Part shown: one piece after another, positions 27,838-41,300 of the stretch
How the letters are laid out: the number at the start of each line of letters is the position of its first letter
How positions within the stretch are numbered: position 1 is the first letter of the stretch
Origin: Tubulanus polymorphus
Taxonomy: Eukaryota; Animalia; Nemertea
DNA: 64,000 nt
NCBI RefSeq assembly: GCF_964204645.1
Contig: NC_134029.1
Coordinates: 23,864,950-23,928,949 of the forward strand
Direction of reading: 5' to 3'
Made by a program: the position numbers and the translations under genes
Notes under the pieces: generated by a model
The model's input: only the letters and a program-made list of their open reading frames with translations
Databases searched by the model: none
Told to the model about the DNA's origin: nothing

Positions 27838-28373
27838 GTAACATGAAAGGTATTTTCATCATTTGCAGCTCGATGTATTTGATTTTTAAGTAAATCTCAT
27901 TCTCACTAAAATATGTGAAGCGAGACGAGTTTAATACGACAAAACCTCAAACGCACCCAAGATATAAACATTTATATAAAATAGTGAATTAGACATTTTG
28001 ACGTAGACTACCTCATAGCAGGTTCAATTGAATGAGGATCTATTGCGACATGTCATGATCTATAAATTTCAGCAGCGCACGAGACAAATATTTAATTGAA
28101 TACGGTATTTAGCAGTTTTTAATGCACAGCAATGAAGTAATCAAGGGTCGATCATAAAGAACATACGCAGATTGTGCTGAATTCAATTAAGAATTACGTG
28201 TTAAATCTTGTGTTAAACAAGTGTTAAATCTTGATCCCTCATCATTGGATGCGTATGTACTTCATGACCAGCCCCTCGTAACGATCATTCATATATCGGG
28301 TGTAGAACAATGGGGAACGATGATAGGATCAAAAAGCGTTCTCGAGAACTCTCTCGCTAAAATCGTGTAATTT

Positions 28374-31300
28374 CTAACCCATAACTGAAGCGATACATCC
28401 AGCACAGCACATACAGCAGCAGATGAACGCTAGCATAATATAGGTGGCAGTAGTGATCCAGAATGCGAACCAGTACAGCGTCGGATGACAATAGAGATTA
28501 CCGCTAGCAGGATCGGGTGAAAATGTCCTGTGTACTCGATAGATCCACACGTTACCTGGAAAAAATGAGAAAAACATTTCTTTTTCGTGCCAATGAATGA
28601 ATCGCTTTCATATGTTACTCATCAGAATTGTGGATTACATGAAAAACACTTTAAGCGTATTTCAATCGGAAACAAAATTGTGTCACTGGACCACAAGATA
28701 ACAAACAATAAACCAGTGTCTCGTAAACACTGATAGTTGAATCTACAGGTTTTTATATTCAAGCCGTTTGTAAAGATTAAACCTGTACGACGTGATTTCA
28801 ATGTGAAAAGTAACGTCTGGCGATTAAACGAGATTTAAACGCAATAAGAGATAAACGACAGTCTGTTACTGACGTACTCACTGTCTACCTGTCTGTCACG
28901 TTATATAGTATACACATATGATGTAAATAGGTTTGGAAGGAAATTTTACACTTCTGTAAATCTAACAATCAGACATGTACTAAAATTTTACCAAAATGGT
29001 AGAGCAATTTAGGCAAATGATACCAACGTCAGTTCTCCCTAATAATGACTAATTGACAGTCACATAGATCCATCCAGTCTATGGTTTATGATACTCATTC
29101 ATGAGATCGTAAAGCCTAGCTGGATTTAGTACTATATAAACCTCATCATTATTACAATTAAAATCAAAATAGTTCACGAGTAAAAGCTTACCAGCGATAA
29201 ACCAGGCCAACAGGAAGCATGATATGAGTCCATCAAACGGGTTCGACTTCGCATTTTCATCGTCATTTTTTTTCCGATGGTTAGAAATTCTTTGCGCTGT
29301 CGTGGAGAGATTTTTGATGACGCCGAATACACCACCGACGATCAGATAGATCGGTATATAAGGCTCGATCGTACAATCGTGCAGATATATACTACCTGTA
29401 ATACAAAATACCGCTTAGTTACAAACAAAACAACAACAGACAGTAGAACCTGGTTTATTCGGATCATTTGGGACAGATGTAATTCATCCGATTCACGGGA
29501 AATCCGAATTAAAAATGAAATTTCCCAATAATTTATGTAAAGATGGATTGTAAATAATACACAGAGGGAATAATAGAATATCGAGGTGCCGATGATTGTC
29601 ATGTATAATGAATATATAACTAGTTATGAATCTATATTTGTTCTTTGATAATTATCGAATAAATCAAATTGAAATATCCTGCTTAGAACAGGAATATGAA
29701 TTAAACTGATTCAAAGTTAAACGGGTTTCAGTGTACTAAATATAATTGGAACAAAAGGTAACAAATCACTAGAATCGTTCTTTAACTAGAATTTGCATAC
29801 AGTAAGGAAAATTGAATTTCAAAAATAGCAACCACACTGGGGCAGGTTGCAGTCACGGCTTGGACTTATGAACAGTCCACTTAAGACCAACTTAGTTCTA
29901 TAGCCAATCTAACAACTTTAAAACCACTTTTGGACTTAAGCCACGACTGCGCAACTTGCCCCTGGTGATTTGCACTGAGTAAATCTTTGAAAATATGATT
30001 AACAGGGGTCTTTTGTATCTACAAATCTAACAGAACTACAAAAAGTGTACCGAACTTCTCCAGTTTTCAAAAATTATCCCTTAACCACAGGGAAATTAGA
30101 AATTTGTAATTCCGTGGTAAAATCAGCTTTGAAGATAACGAATTCACCGTTCGTTCAATAATCTATGAATTAATCATCAACTACGACTCATCTTTCAAAA
30201 ATTTCAGGGTATACCAGATGGTCATGAAACAACTGCAATATGCTTACCAATAACTATCATCGCTATAGGGATCGCTAACACAAGTGCCACCATGATTGTA
30301 CATCCCACTGAAACATTTCAAAAGAAAATATTTTTCAGAATTTATTATGAATCGATGCGTTGATGGTGTAAACTAGAAAGAATACTTACATGTTCCAAAA
30401 AATATGACGATGAAACTCTTCACAAAATCGAGGCAACTATTTGAGTTTTTCTTAGCATCGCGAACTCTTCCAAATAATGAATCATACGACGGCGGTTGAT
30501 CTGAAATTAGATAAAATAATCGATCTATTATTTACACGACGGATTAATGAAGAAAAAATTAATGAATAATTCATTTTCATCTAGGCCAACTCGGATACAA
30601 TAAAAGGATATGCAAGCTTGAATACAGGAACAAATCAACTTCGATTGATAAATATCAAAGCTATCGATTAGAATGTTATAAACACAATTCATTGTAATAT
30701 TTCATTTTTTTTAGATCATTACAATTTACTGGTTAAAAAAATACAGAATTTTCGATTAAATTTCTATTTATAAAATGTAGAAGTGTTTTATATAATAAGA
30801 AGTGATATGAAATATTTGATCTCAGTCGCGATAAAATGAGGACGAGCAGCAGATGTTCTCCAGACTATCAAAAAAATGGTTTACTCACAAAATAGGAACT
30901 CTATAGTTTTTGGAAAAAAAATCACCAGAATTAAAACATTCCGCAATAAATGTTTTTATTTGAAGTTATGAAGTCAAATATTTCTGAGTAAAATCTGCAT
31001 ATGAGCTGCACTCAAACTATACCCTAGAGCTGGAGTTAGATTCCAAGAATGCCCAGCTCACTAACCTGTTGGGTCAATGACATCGTTATAGTTTGGAGGT
31101 GCCTCATTGTGCGCGCCATATCCAGGAGCGGGATCTGTGTAAGATGATGGTGCTGGACCTGGGTTTACTGCCTGTAATAACAAAACATATATCAAAACAT
31201 GAAATAAACCATTTTCGCTTCAAGGTATTGGTATTTTACTTTGAAATTGAAACTCATATTTGTCAATTTGGACTAAACAAAAAAAGATTAGTGAAATTGA

Positions 31301-32890
31301 AAAAGTGCAAGACATTGATGATTATTTTCTGTGAAATAATACTTGTGACATTAAAGATTAAGAAATACGGTCAAACTTGTTGAAAGTCCTCATAGTGGGG
31401 ACGATCAATCATTACATTCACAGCTCGACAACTTACATTTAGTAAATTAAATTAGAAATACAAATTGGGATGCAAAAAAAGTGATGACTTTAATGATGAT
31501 GACTTTAAGTTTGACCTTGTGAACGAAACAATTAGAATTACATTTGAATTGATATTAAATAGAATTTTTCCACCGCACTCTATTGTGAAATACCGTTGAT
31601 TAATCGTTAATAACTAAAACCATCAATAAAATAGTGACAGTACTGACGAGATTGTGGGTACTGTTACCAGCTGTGTTCATAAACTGTATTTCAATCTGAA
31701 AATCATTTAAGTAATAGATCTATTACAGTATACACCAGTAATATACACGGTCATTGTATTCCATACACGGGTTACCCATACACCTATACCCCCATACACC
31801 CAGCAGTCAGTAGCAACTCTCACTGATTTTTTCTGAAATCATTTTTCAGGATTGGTTTTAACGCGAGTTCACAGATTCCTACTGAAACTTGAATTTATGT
31901 TAATTAGGTTTTTTCCTAAGATTGAATCCTTTGAATTGATTGCTATCGTAGATATTTATAATCAAGCGATTACAACAATATTTGCTACACTTTGAATATA
32001 ATTCATTTCACATTCATTGCATAATTTATTGCACAAGCTTTCTATAGTAATGTATCCAGTTCACAGTTCAATTTGCAATACCATGAAACCCGCATGAACC
32101 CCATGTTAGTAGGCCCCTATAGACTAAACAATAAATGCATTCAGCCCAGTTCAACCAGTTACTGGGTTAAAATAAGATCATTGCAAATGATTGAACCGTA
32201 ATAAGTCTAATTGTGTCTATAGACTTTATTGTGTCTACCTATTTTACCGAAATTAGTCCATTTTAGATTTGGGTTAAAACTCGAATGTAGAACCAGGTCC
32301 TGAATCTCATGTCACGTATACCAACTAGGATATAGCCTAAGCACTAATTAATCAAAAGGTGATAAGATTGATTAAATCTTAATGAAGCAAAGAGGTGATT
32401 ATGAATTAAAGGCCTATCTCTATAGGCTGAATACACTGTACATCATATACATGAAATACCTCATCTTGCGGTAATGGAGTAAACATCTGGAAAGTGAATT
32501 ACAGAAATCTATGTACAGTCAAACCTAAAACTGACAACGTTCCAAACTTACCGCCGGTACCGGTACTGTACTATCCGATTTACACTTTTAATTATAAAAA
32601 TAAATCAGGTCATGACATGTCTCCGACAGGCATGATCAACTGAAAATTACAATTAGCCTAAGAGGTTTTTCGAGGCAACATGATTTTGAACAACTTTTAG
32701 GACAATAATTTTTCATTATTATTGGAACCAAAACTTAGCACCCACTAGAACTAGAAAAAGAGGAGTGCTCCAGCTATGAATCGTAGGTAGCCTTAAATTC
32801 TGGATGAAATTAAAATACTTTCCCAAGTCGTATTATTTTAACTCTACAATAACTAACCTGTGATTCTACATCCTTCTCTGACGATGCCAT
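28374..32890 (-). CDS. TMEM272-like 4-TM membrane protein, paralogue 2
   Basis: Exons about 32858-32890, a possible microexon at 32460-32486, 31066-31171, 30390-30500, 30248-30307, 29191-29394 and 28374-28555. Motifs AIPIAMIVIG, HDCTIERLIPIYLIVGG, WFIAGNVWIY and YCHPTLYWFAFWIT, plus a Cys-rich C-terminus and N-terminal PPxY motifs. Confidence 0.85.
29837..29964. mobile_element. MITE-like element, related to the element at 55640-55806
   Basis: Termini CTGGGGCAGGTTGCAGTC and GACTGCGCAACTTGCCCCTG. The core TAAGACCA-CTTAGTT-TA-AGCCAATC-AACAA is shared with about 55683-55717. Confidence 0.6.
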
Positions 32891-33581
32891 GTTTGAATTG
32901 AACGAACCATTAACTAAATAAGACCAAAAACGACGTTTAACTTGACACTTCCGGGTTCATTCAACACAGTTGGAGCAGTCCTGGAAATGTCTGGGAATGA
33001 GGAACGTACCGGACAGTAACCCGGACACGCTACACGTTTCGGACTGTGCCCGCCGCATTACGCGGCCATCGGCGGCACAAATCGCATCATAAAAATGTTT
33101 AAATATAGGATGAAATAATTGTGAAAATCTTATCATTTCAATACGCAATGATCGTGCCGTGAATAAAGTGCGGATTCGAGTTCACACTCGTTGGGAAGCT
33201 TGGCGTCGGCCTTTTAAGTCTTTCGCCTGGACATGGCTACTCTGCCCGGCGCGCGCTGGCGCCGTCCGGGCCCGGGCTGACCAAAAAGCCGTCGCCGGTT
33301 CGAATCTTTGAATAGTCTAACATCGCATCATCGGCCTAGTTCAAACTGTGGCCACAGATATAAATCAAATGACGTCGAGAGTTTAGATAAACTGGGCCCC
33401 ACCCATAAAGAGTCTTGTTGTGACGATCAAAGTCAAATTTGCGGAAAGTCTACAAAGCCGGCCACACCGTCGTCAAATTTCATTTTGAAGCGTAGGCTCT
33501 CTGCATTGAATTGGCAGGTCCTGTTCAACCGCGCAACTCAGTGCCGTAGCTGTGGCAACAGTTGCCAATTCCTCGGGAATT

Positions 33582-36500
33582 ATGTCTCAAAAACCTTACG
33601 GCGTTTTTGGGAAAGCAGAATCAGTCGCAAAGAAAAAGCGCATTGCTGCATCCCGTAGCCTTTCCGTCGGACTCAAAGCGGCTATAAGTCTCGGCAAAAC
33701 CATAGCTAGTAGTGGTAGTTTAGCTAGTTTGGAAGATCACGCAGAGATCGTGGAATTGGATGAACATGCTGTAAATATGCTGACGGCAATGTACGCGTTA
33801 TGGCAACAGAAACTGGGATGCGACATTGTTATCAGAGTTGCCAATGTACGGTTTCTAGCTCATAAAACCATCATGGCTACATGTTCGGGTTATTTTCACG
33901 ATTTGCTTCTTCGATTCAACGATCGCCCAGTGACTGACCGCGACGGCCGCTGCGACGTTACTTTATCCGATATTTCTTCAGGAGCATTTCAGGCTATTTT
34001 AGAGTCGATATATTCCGGAAAGATTCACGTCGATGTCAACAATATAACCGAAATATTAGACGCAGCGAATAAATTAAAGGTTTTGCCGATTATCAAAGTA
34101 TGCGAACGTTTTCTAAGAAAACATTTGAGCAAAGAGAACTGTTTGCGACTAGCGTCACTGGCTTATCGCTATAACATGGTCGAAATCGAAGAAGAAGCGA
34201 TAAACCTCGCCGCTGCTAATTTCATGGAAGCGTCCTCCACAATCGACTTCCTCGATATCTGTTGCGATCAATTATTGAATCTTTTTGGTCGCGATGATCT
34301 TCGGGCTGAAAGTGAACTGGACGTTTTCTATCGCCTGTTAGACTGGCTCAGACACGACCAATCGAACCGCATGAAAAACGCGTCGAATTTGCTCAAAATG
34401 GTGCGCTTGCCACTTTTACCACCGAGCGTTATTGTTGACCACGTTGAATCCTCACATTTACTGATGGGTATTCCGGAATGTCAGGAACTAGTGAAGGAGG
34501 CATTACATTACCATTGCCTTCCTGCTAGGCAAAGTATATTACAGGTAAAATATTCCTATCACTTTAGATCCATGGTAAAGTTAGCATAATCTTATGCAAA
34601 TGATTAATTATCTTACAGTCGTCTAGGACGGTTCCCAGATCAACCGTACAGTTTCAGTGTATTGTAACAATTGGAGGAGCACCGAGACTGAAGAATCAAC
34701 TCATATCACGCGAAGTTAATTATTTGGATCCAACTGATTCTAAATGGCACCGTTTAACTTCACTGAACGAACCACGGCATCACCACGCAGGTAAAACTGG
34801 ACCATCCGAAATCAGAGAAAGTCTAATTCGTACGCCTGGCCAATGTTCAAGGCCTCCAACGATTTCCATTAATTGTAAATCTTTGATTGATATTTTATAT
34901 TGGAGGACAGTGGCAGTTCTTGGAGGATTTATCTATGTAGCTGGAGGTGAAATGACTAACGATCAGCGGTCGCCGTTGAATACAGTTTACCGTTACGACC
35001 CCAGATCCGATATCTGGCTACAAGTAGCTAGTATGAAACATCAAAGGGAAAGTTTTCAACTAGCCGTATTGAACGGCCATCTTTATGCTATAGGTAATTA
35101 ACGATAAGGGTTTCATCGCCGAACATGTTGTTGATTTTGTTAGGAAGTAAACATATTGTCATTTGTCCATCATAAGGAGGACGGGTGAACGAAAATAAAT
35201 CGTTATCGACCGTGGAATGTTACAACCCGTCGGTCGACTCGTGGGTGACAGTGGCTAGTTTATCTTCCTCTCGTCGGAGTATAGCGGTCGCGTCTTACAA
35301 CGGTCGCATATACGCGGTCGGTGGATCTGGTGACGGTAAAATATGCGGCAAGGTATAAAACTTACGGATATATAAACCGAAATTCTAACCATCTTGTCCT
35401 ATACAACTGTAGTTGAATGTTTTTTTTTCAAGGTTGAAAGGTACAACCCGCTATTGAATAAATGGGAAAGCAGGCGACCTTTGAAAATTCCGCGTTTCTT
35501 TGGACTTCTGGCGCCCGTTAAAAACCGGCTATTTCTCATCGGTGGCGCAACTCTAGACTCAACTGGTAACGTATGAAAATGTACAAATATATGAATTTTA
35601 TTGAAATGCATTTTCTTATTTACAAAGCAGAACGATTCGATCCATTATAGGTAATGTCATCTGCGCTTCTACAGTTGAATGTTATACGCCACTCAACGAT
35701 ACGTGGACGACCGTGAATCCGATGCAGGAGCCGCGAGCCGAGGCCGGTCTAGCCGTACTCGGTCACCATATTTACGTAATCGGTGGCTACAGTTGGGACA
35801 AAGGAAAGAGATTGGATTCGGTCGAAAGATATGATGCCGAACTGAACAGCTGGGAATCCTGTACTGGTTAGTTGATAATTGCCAAGAGACGCTCATCAAC
35901 GATTATCATATCTGTTACAATGAGTCGAGAAGAAAACACAATATCCGTGTATGATGAATAAGCGCGAGAAATCCCGCAATAAATTCAGCCAAAGAAACTT
36001 GAATAGAGGAGTATACATTTGCGCAACTATACTCTTCTGTTTAAATTTCTCGTTTTTGTTGTTTTTATTGTGGAATTTCTCGTTTATCGGTACAATGTTT
36101 TAGACTTATTCAATAATCTCTACGTACAATATTTATTCTCTGTTTCTATATTTCAGCTATCGATAAGCCGTATACAGGAGTTGGATGTTGCAGCGTGAAA
36201 CTATATCGACGAAAGATTGATAATAATATGTCATGTCCCGTACAAGACACGTTTATTCCATTCACACAGTGGGAATCGCTGGGAATGAAAGAATCTGCCG
36301 TTGCATCGGATCCCGATAATAAACCGACTACACAGCCTTACAAACAACAAACTCGAGAGAAACCGCCGCCCAGAAATTTAAAACCAGCGGCAATCAATGC
36401 GAGATTAACTAAGTCTAAAATAACAGCGAAACCATCCGATTACGAACAACCGTTTAGAATCAAATCACAACCGACGGTCGTGAAAATAACCGAACAACAA

Positions 36501-36998
36501 GATTCTGATTCAACCGTTTCGTTACCAGAAAATATTCAAACTGATTTATCCTCAGAGTCAATCGTCAAATCTACGACTCAAAGTGAATATAGTAAAACTT
36601 CAACCGGTGCAAACAGCTATGACGTAATCATGAACACATATTCTCATTCATCAGACGACATTTTATCATCGACTGAAAGACGACCAGACGAATCAGCATC
36701 AGCAGCAGCAGCAGCATCTTCTACTTCTAGCCATATATCAGACGTTGACGATAAGATTTCGCAAACATCCTCCTCGAAAAACGCAGCTATCGGGAAGAGT
36801 ATTTCGGGCGGATCAGTATCGGATACGCGCGAAGAAAACTATTCAGAAACATCAAAGCGAAGCATTAGCGCCGCGGAAAATAAAGCATCCCCAGACGGCG
36901 AGACTGAACCGCAGCAGCAGGAAGTTGCGAAATTATCGAGTTCCGAAGCGTTCCAACAAATTCCCGATGACGAGAAAAACAAATGCGGTATTGTTTAA
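33582..36998 (+). CDS. Kelch-like protein (BTB-BACK-Kelch) with long Ser/Thr-rich tail; 7 exons
   Basis: BTB (CDIVIRV..FLAHKTIMATCSGYF), BACK (ELDVFYRLLDW..VRLPLL) and kelch repeats with GG doublets (GGFIYVAGG, NGHLYAIGG, GRIYAVGG, RLFLIGG, HIYVIGG). Exons about 33582-34544, 34619-34790, 34911-35093, 35177-35352, 35433-35566, 35651-35866 and 36156-36998. Confidence 0.93.
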
Positions 36999-37114
36999 AT
37001 AATTTAACAATAAATACATTTATTTATCAATCTTATAATCATTTTACACATAAGAAGAAGTCCCAATTTTATCTTTTTTTCTGCAGAGATTTTTTCGTTT
37101 AGAATAAAACGTCT

Positions 37115-38230
37115 TTACATTTTCGGAATGTTTTCAATGTTATAAGGTTTTGTTTGTCCCAAGTATTCACTGATCGGTGTGCTGAAAGCAGCATTCTTCC
37201 TGAATGGAGAATCATGCGTTTTCACTTGGCTTACTCCTGTTACACAGTCTTTATGATCGGACCAGAATGTCACCGGTTGCTCGCTTAAATTATGACTCTG
37301 AAAAAAATGTAAATCACACGGTCAGGACTTTCTGAATAAATTTTTTTTTCTAAATAGATGAAATTCCGAGTTTCATACCCTCGTATATTTCGCCTCTTGG
37401 GGTACGAAATCATCGATATTGAAGTCTTTTTGAGTGACAGATTTAAACTCAGTAGGTTCTGGGGGTGGATTAAATTCTTCATGTACTTCTTTACTGAAAA
37501 TAGATGATATTTTTTCAGATATAGTGTGACCAAAAAGGAAAGACTTGAGTGTCTAAAACAGAGATAACATACCTAGCTTGGTCGTATATCATTTGCATCA
37601 ACAGTTCTTTCTTTTTGCCTAAAAAATACAAAATATTCGATGATGGTCTTTTTTTCCTACTTCTATTTCTGAATTTTTACAGGAAAAATTTCGATTTTTT
37701 AATGTCATTGTATTAATCCTTATCAGGATATCTCAACACATAATCAACTTAACATCAGAGGCTGTTATTCAAAAATTGTATTCATCACTATTAATTTAAC
37801 TTCAATCGTCATTTTAAAGCAAAATAGAATGAGATTTAAGTCACTACACCTACCCATTGTTCGTACTCCTAGTTGCGCAGGAGCTTTGTACGAATCTTGA
37901 CATGTTGATATTTTTTCTGGTTCGGCATCAAAATTTGTCGATAAAATGCCTTTATGTCCCGCTTTAGTGGTTTCATCCAGACCAGGAGATGGATCAATTG
38001 TCATAACAGCACGCTGTCCAAAAAGAAAATCATTCCAAAGGCTTGTTAAGATGTAAACAAAAAACAAGATTTCAACAACTGCCTTGAATCCTCGATGAAG
38101 AGAATCGAAGAAAGCAACTGAGGCGAAAAATGACATTATATGTTACCTCTTCAACCCAATTTTCCAGCAGACATTTTCCATTTGAATTATTGAATCTAAT
38201 TTCATTGCGTCCTTGATTCGACGTCGACAT
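37115..38230 (-). CDS. SPAG8: SPAG8-like axonemal microtubule protein; 5 exons
   Basis: KCLLENWVEERA..GHKGILST..STCQDSYKAP..EQPVTFWS..GVSQVKTHDSPFRKNAAFSTPI matches the recalled conserved C-terminal region of SPAG8. Exons about 38147-38230, 37850-38014, 37573-37617, 37379-37493 and 37115-37297. Confidence 0.85.
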
Positions 38231-38302
38231 GTTAAACTTTGAAATGGGCAATAAATCGCAAAAATAAGCAAATAATTTACAACCCGGAAGTAATCGGTAT
38301 CT

Positions 38303-41300
38303 ATGGACGCTCCCCACAACACTCGCTTACCAGAGCCGAATACAGCGCGGGCACGGACGTACGGAACAGATTGGGACTGCGAATCGGACTATCTAGCGCG
38401 ACAGCGTCCGGCTGCGAAGCCTTCCATGTTTTACTCGAGGCGGGAAATACAATAGATAACACGTATGATATCACCGTTATCGGCGCATATTCACATACCG
38501 GGTATCCTTTCTCTGGTTTTGAGACAGAAGCTTACGTAAACGTACCTAGATCGGCATTATACGGGTGCGCGTGTCCCGTGCTTGCTGCGCGGCCACATTA
38601 GCTCTCACAGAAAAGAGCCGCTTTACGGCTGAAAACTAAGTGTGGACTGACTGGTCGACTGACCAGTGAAACAAGGGCGATCAAATGGCGTATCCCTAAT
38701 CAAAGGAGGCAAACACTGACTGGCCAAGCGATTCAGTCGGTGCGGGTACTAATATTTCTCAATTCGACAAAGAGCTACACAAAACCATAGCAACCAGCCT
38801 TTAAGCCTGCCGTCTGTCAGAAGATGAATCAGGCGGAGATGTTCATTACTCATCGGCTTTGATCGTGACGTCACACAAGACGTGACAAAAATAACGCGTC
38901 AAAGCCGCCCGATAGTGATGCTGTTACATCTCGTCTGAAACAACGCGACCTTGAACTTTCCATTCCAGTGGACACACAGAACGATGAGCATTAAGACCTA
39001 TTTTTAGCGAAGAACTGCGCACTAACTCAACTTCAAAGTGAACAAGTGTTTTTTTTGTAACGTTCGATTTCTTTTTAGCCCCGACTAACAAAGAATTCAG
39101 ATCCAACTTCACCGCGATTGTCGGCGCGCTTGTAGTTAGAACTGTGAAGCGATTGCTGCTAGAAGTGGTAGTGTCTATTAGAGAGGAAAACACTGTATGC
39201 CAATGAATTAGATGGGAAAAAATTAATCCTAGCTCTTCGATAGCAAGACCGTCGCCATCCCAGGGGTTTACTTAATTTGCGCGAAATACAGAATTTATGT
39301 GCTTTTTAGACGCTTCCCGTCCCCCAAAATTGTCTCCAATATTATATAATATAACACTGCATTAAATCCCATGGCATTCAGGATTCTATACATTGCGACA
39401 ATCTCCGAGATGATAGACGAGTTTTTTTATGAAGACAGGCGGCGCAATTTGCGCTGTAAATGACGTCATATACGGCTAGCGTCTGCGCCACAAACAGCGT
39501 TTTAACAGCAGGAAAATGAGCGGAATTATTATCGGTCCGGCGTGTTCGGTTAGTAAACCACAATACCCTAAAAGTGCCCGCGACCAAGGCGTAGATGCAT
39601 CCTGTATGCACGCAGGTAAACTATATTCAAATTTATAACCGTTATTTTATTTTTTTGAAAACATTTTTAAACATAAAATACGAGCAGCGGAAGTAGGAAT
39701 TTCTTTCCTTGGACGCTCGTTGCATTCGTTCTAGAGCCACTTTGTCTTCTTTGTTTGATTATCCTAACTAATTAACTGCTTAATCAATTAGTAGCTCGTT
39801 TCAATATCACTGAGGCTGCGTCATTTTAATGAACACTGTCGCAGTATAGCGATAAATAGCGGAGGTGGCGGCGTTTAGTTCCAGGGTAGCGTTATTCACG
39901 ACAGTCGTGTAATCTTCCTCACACGAATTATTACTTTTTTTCTGTACCGAATATTCGAAAATAAGGAATAGAATCCTCTATATACCGGTTTGAAACATAT
40001 TCAGGTGAAGAGATAATTGATAAAATAGGGAGAGTCCAAGTCTTAAAATGTTCGAAAATATTCAAAAATGTAAATCATTTTTTTTTCAAATTAGCATTAG
40101 CCGAATACCACAAAGTAGTGCCAGCAATAACGAAAAACTAATTTACGTAAACAGTTTGACGTACTTCGATGACGTATTCTTGTGTTGCGAATAGTTTCGT
40201 CTCTTTCTCATTATCATATCGATCTTTAATGCACTATTTACGAATACACCGATGTATTTATTTACAAGTTTTCTGAAGAGTATCTGTAAACAGACGATCA
40301 GTAGTCATCGATCCGTTCATTACATTTCATCTATATATGTATATAACCGAGAGCCCTACGGCTCGAAATTAAATGTCACAACCGATAATATGTGGCAGAA
40401 GACGCAACGTAGAAAGCGATAAACAAACACTAAAACCGGCGACAGAGTTCAGTGAATATATAGAACATGTATATAGTACAGTGGTTATAATTCGTTTATC
40501 ATACAAGTATAAATAAACCTACTCGAATCAAACTTATCAGATTCGTCGTTGAGTTCATCGTACCTCGACAAAATTTTACATATATAATTCGTTATATTAT
40601 AGACGCCGACTAGGAATGACTAGTATATGTACAATCAAATATTTAATATATAGCTATTCGCTGAGGGCATTTTATAATTCCATACCATGTAAATTATATA
40701 ATTGGCTAGTTACGACAATATGAATAATTCAACAGTTCATTCGGTCAGACAATAAGACCGCTAAGCGTGAGGGCGCCGTGAGGTGATGGACACATTAACC
40801 ATCAATACTGCATATGGTCGGCACAGGCGCTAGGCATTCTGAGAATCCGTTAATCGAATGTCTTCCGGGGTAAAAAGTAAAAACAATCCCCCTGTTTCGT
40901 TTCGGCAGATTCGGTGGGTTTAAACGGAAATTCAGTCGACGAGGTGGTACAGACAATTCCTTATTTCAAGATTTTAAAAAAAGTTGAAAGCAAATAAACT
41001 TGTTGATATGATGAGTAAACGGCTACTCGTTATAGATATGGTTTTAAAGCATCACATTCTCCAAATATGTCGCTGATACATAAAATGAATATATTAAAAT
41101 CAGATCTTGGTGGATTCTGAATTTCGATTTTATTCCGTCGAACAAAAGCAATCGGTTGAATCTTGTTGTTTATAGTTTTGATATTACTCAACTCAGCAAT
41201 GATGTGACCACGTTTGAGCCAATCTTCTTCTGTCAAACGGCAGCGCGCATCAAGTGATACGATAGATTTACTTAAGGCCGTCATAGTTTCATATAACGTA

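Noticed and set aside
41008-41075. C/D box snoRNA (ATGATGA...CTGA)
   Set aside because: Weak terminal stem and no recognisable rRNA or snRNA antisense element.
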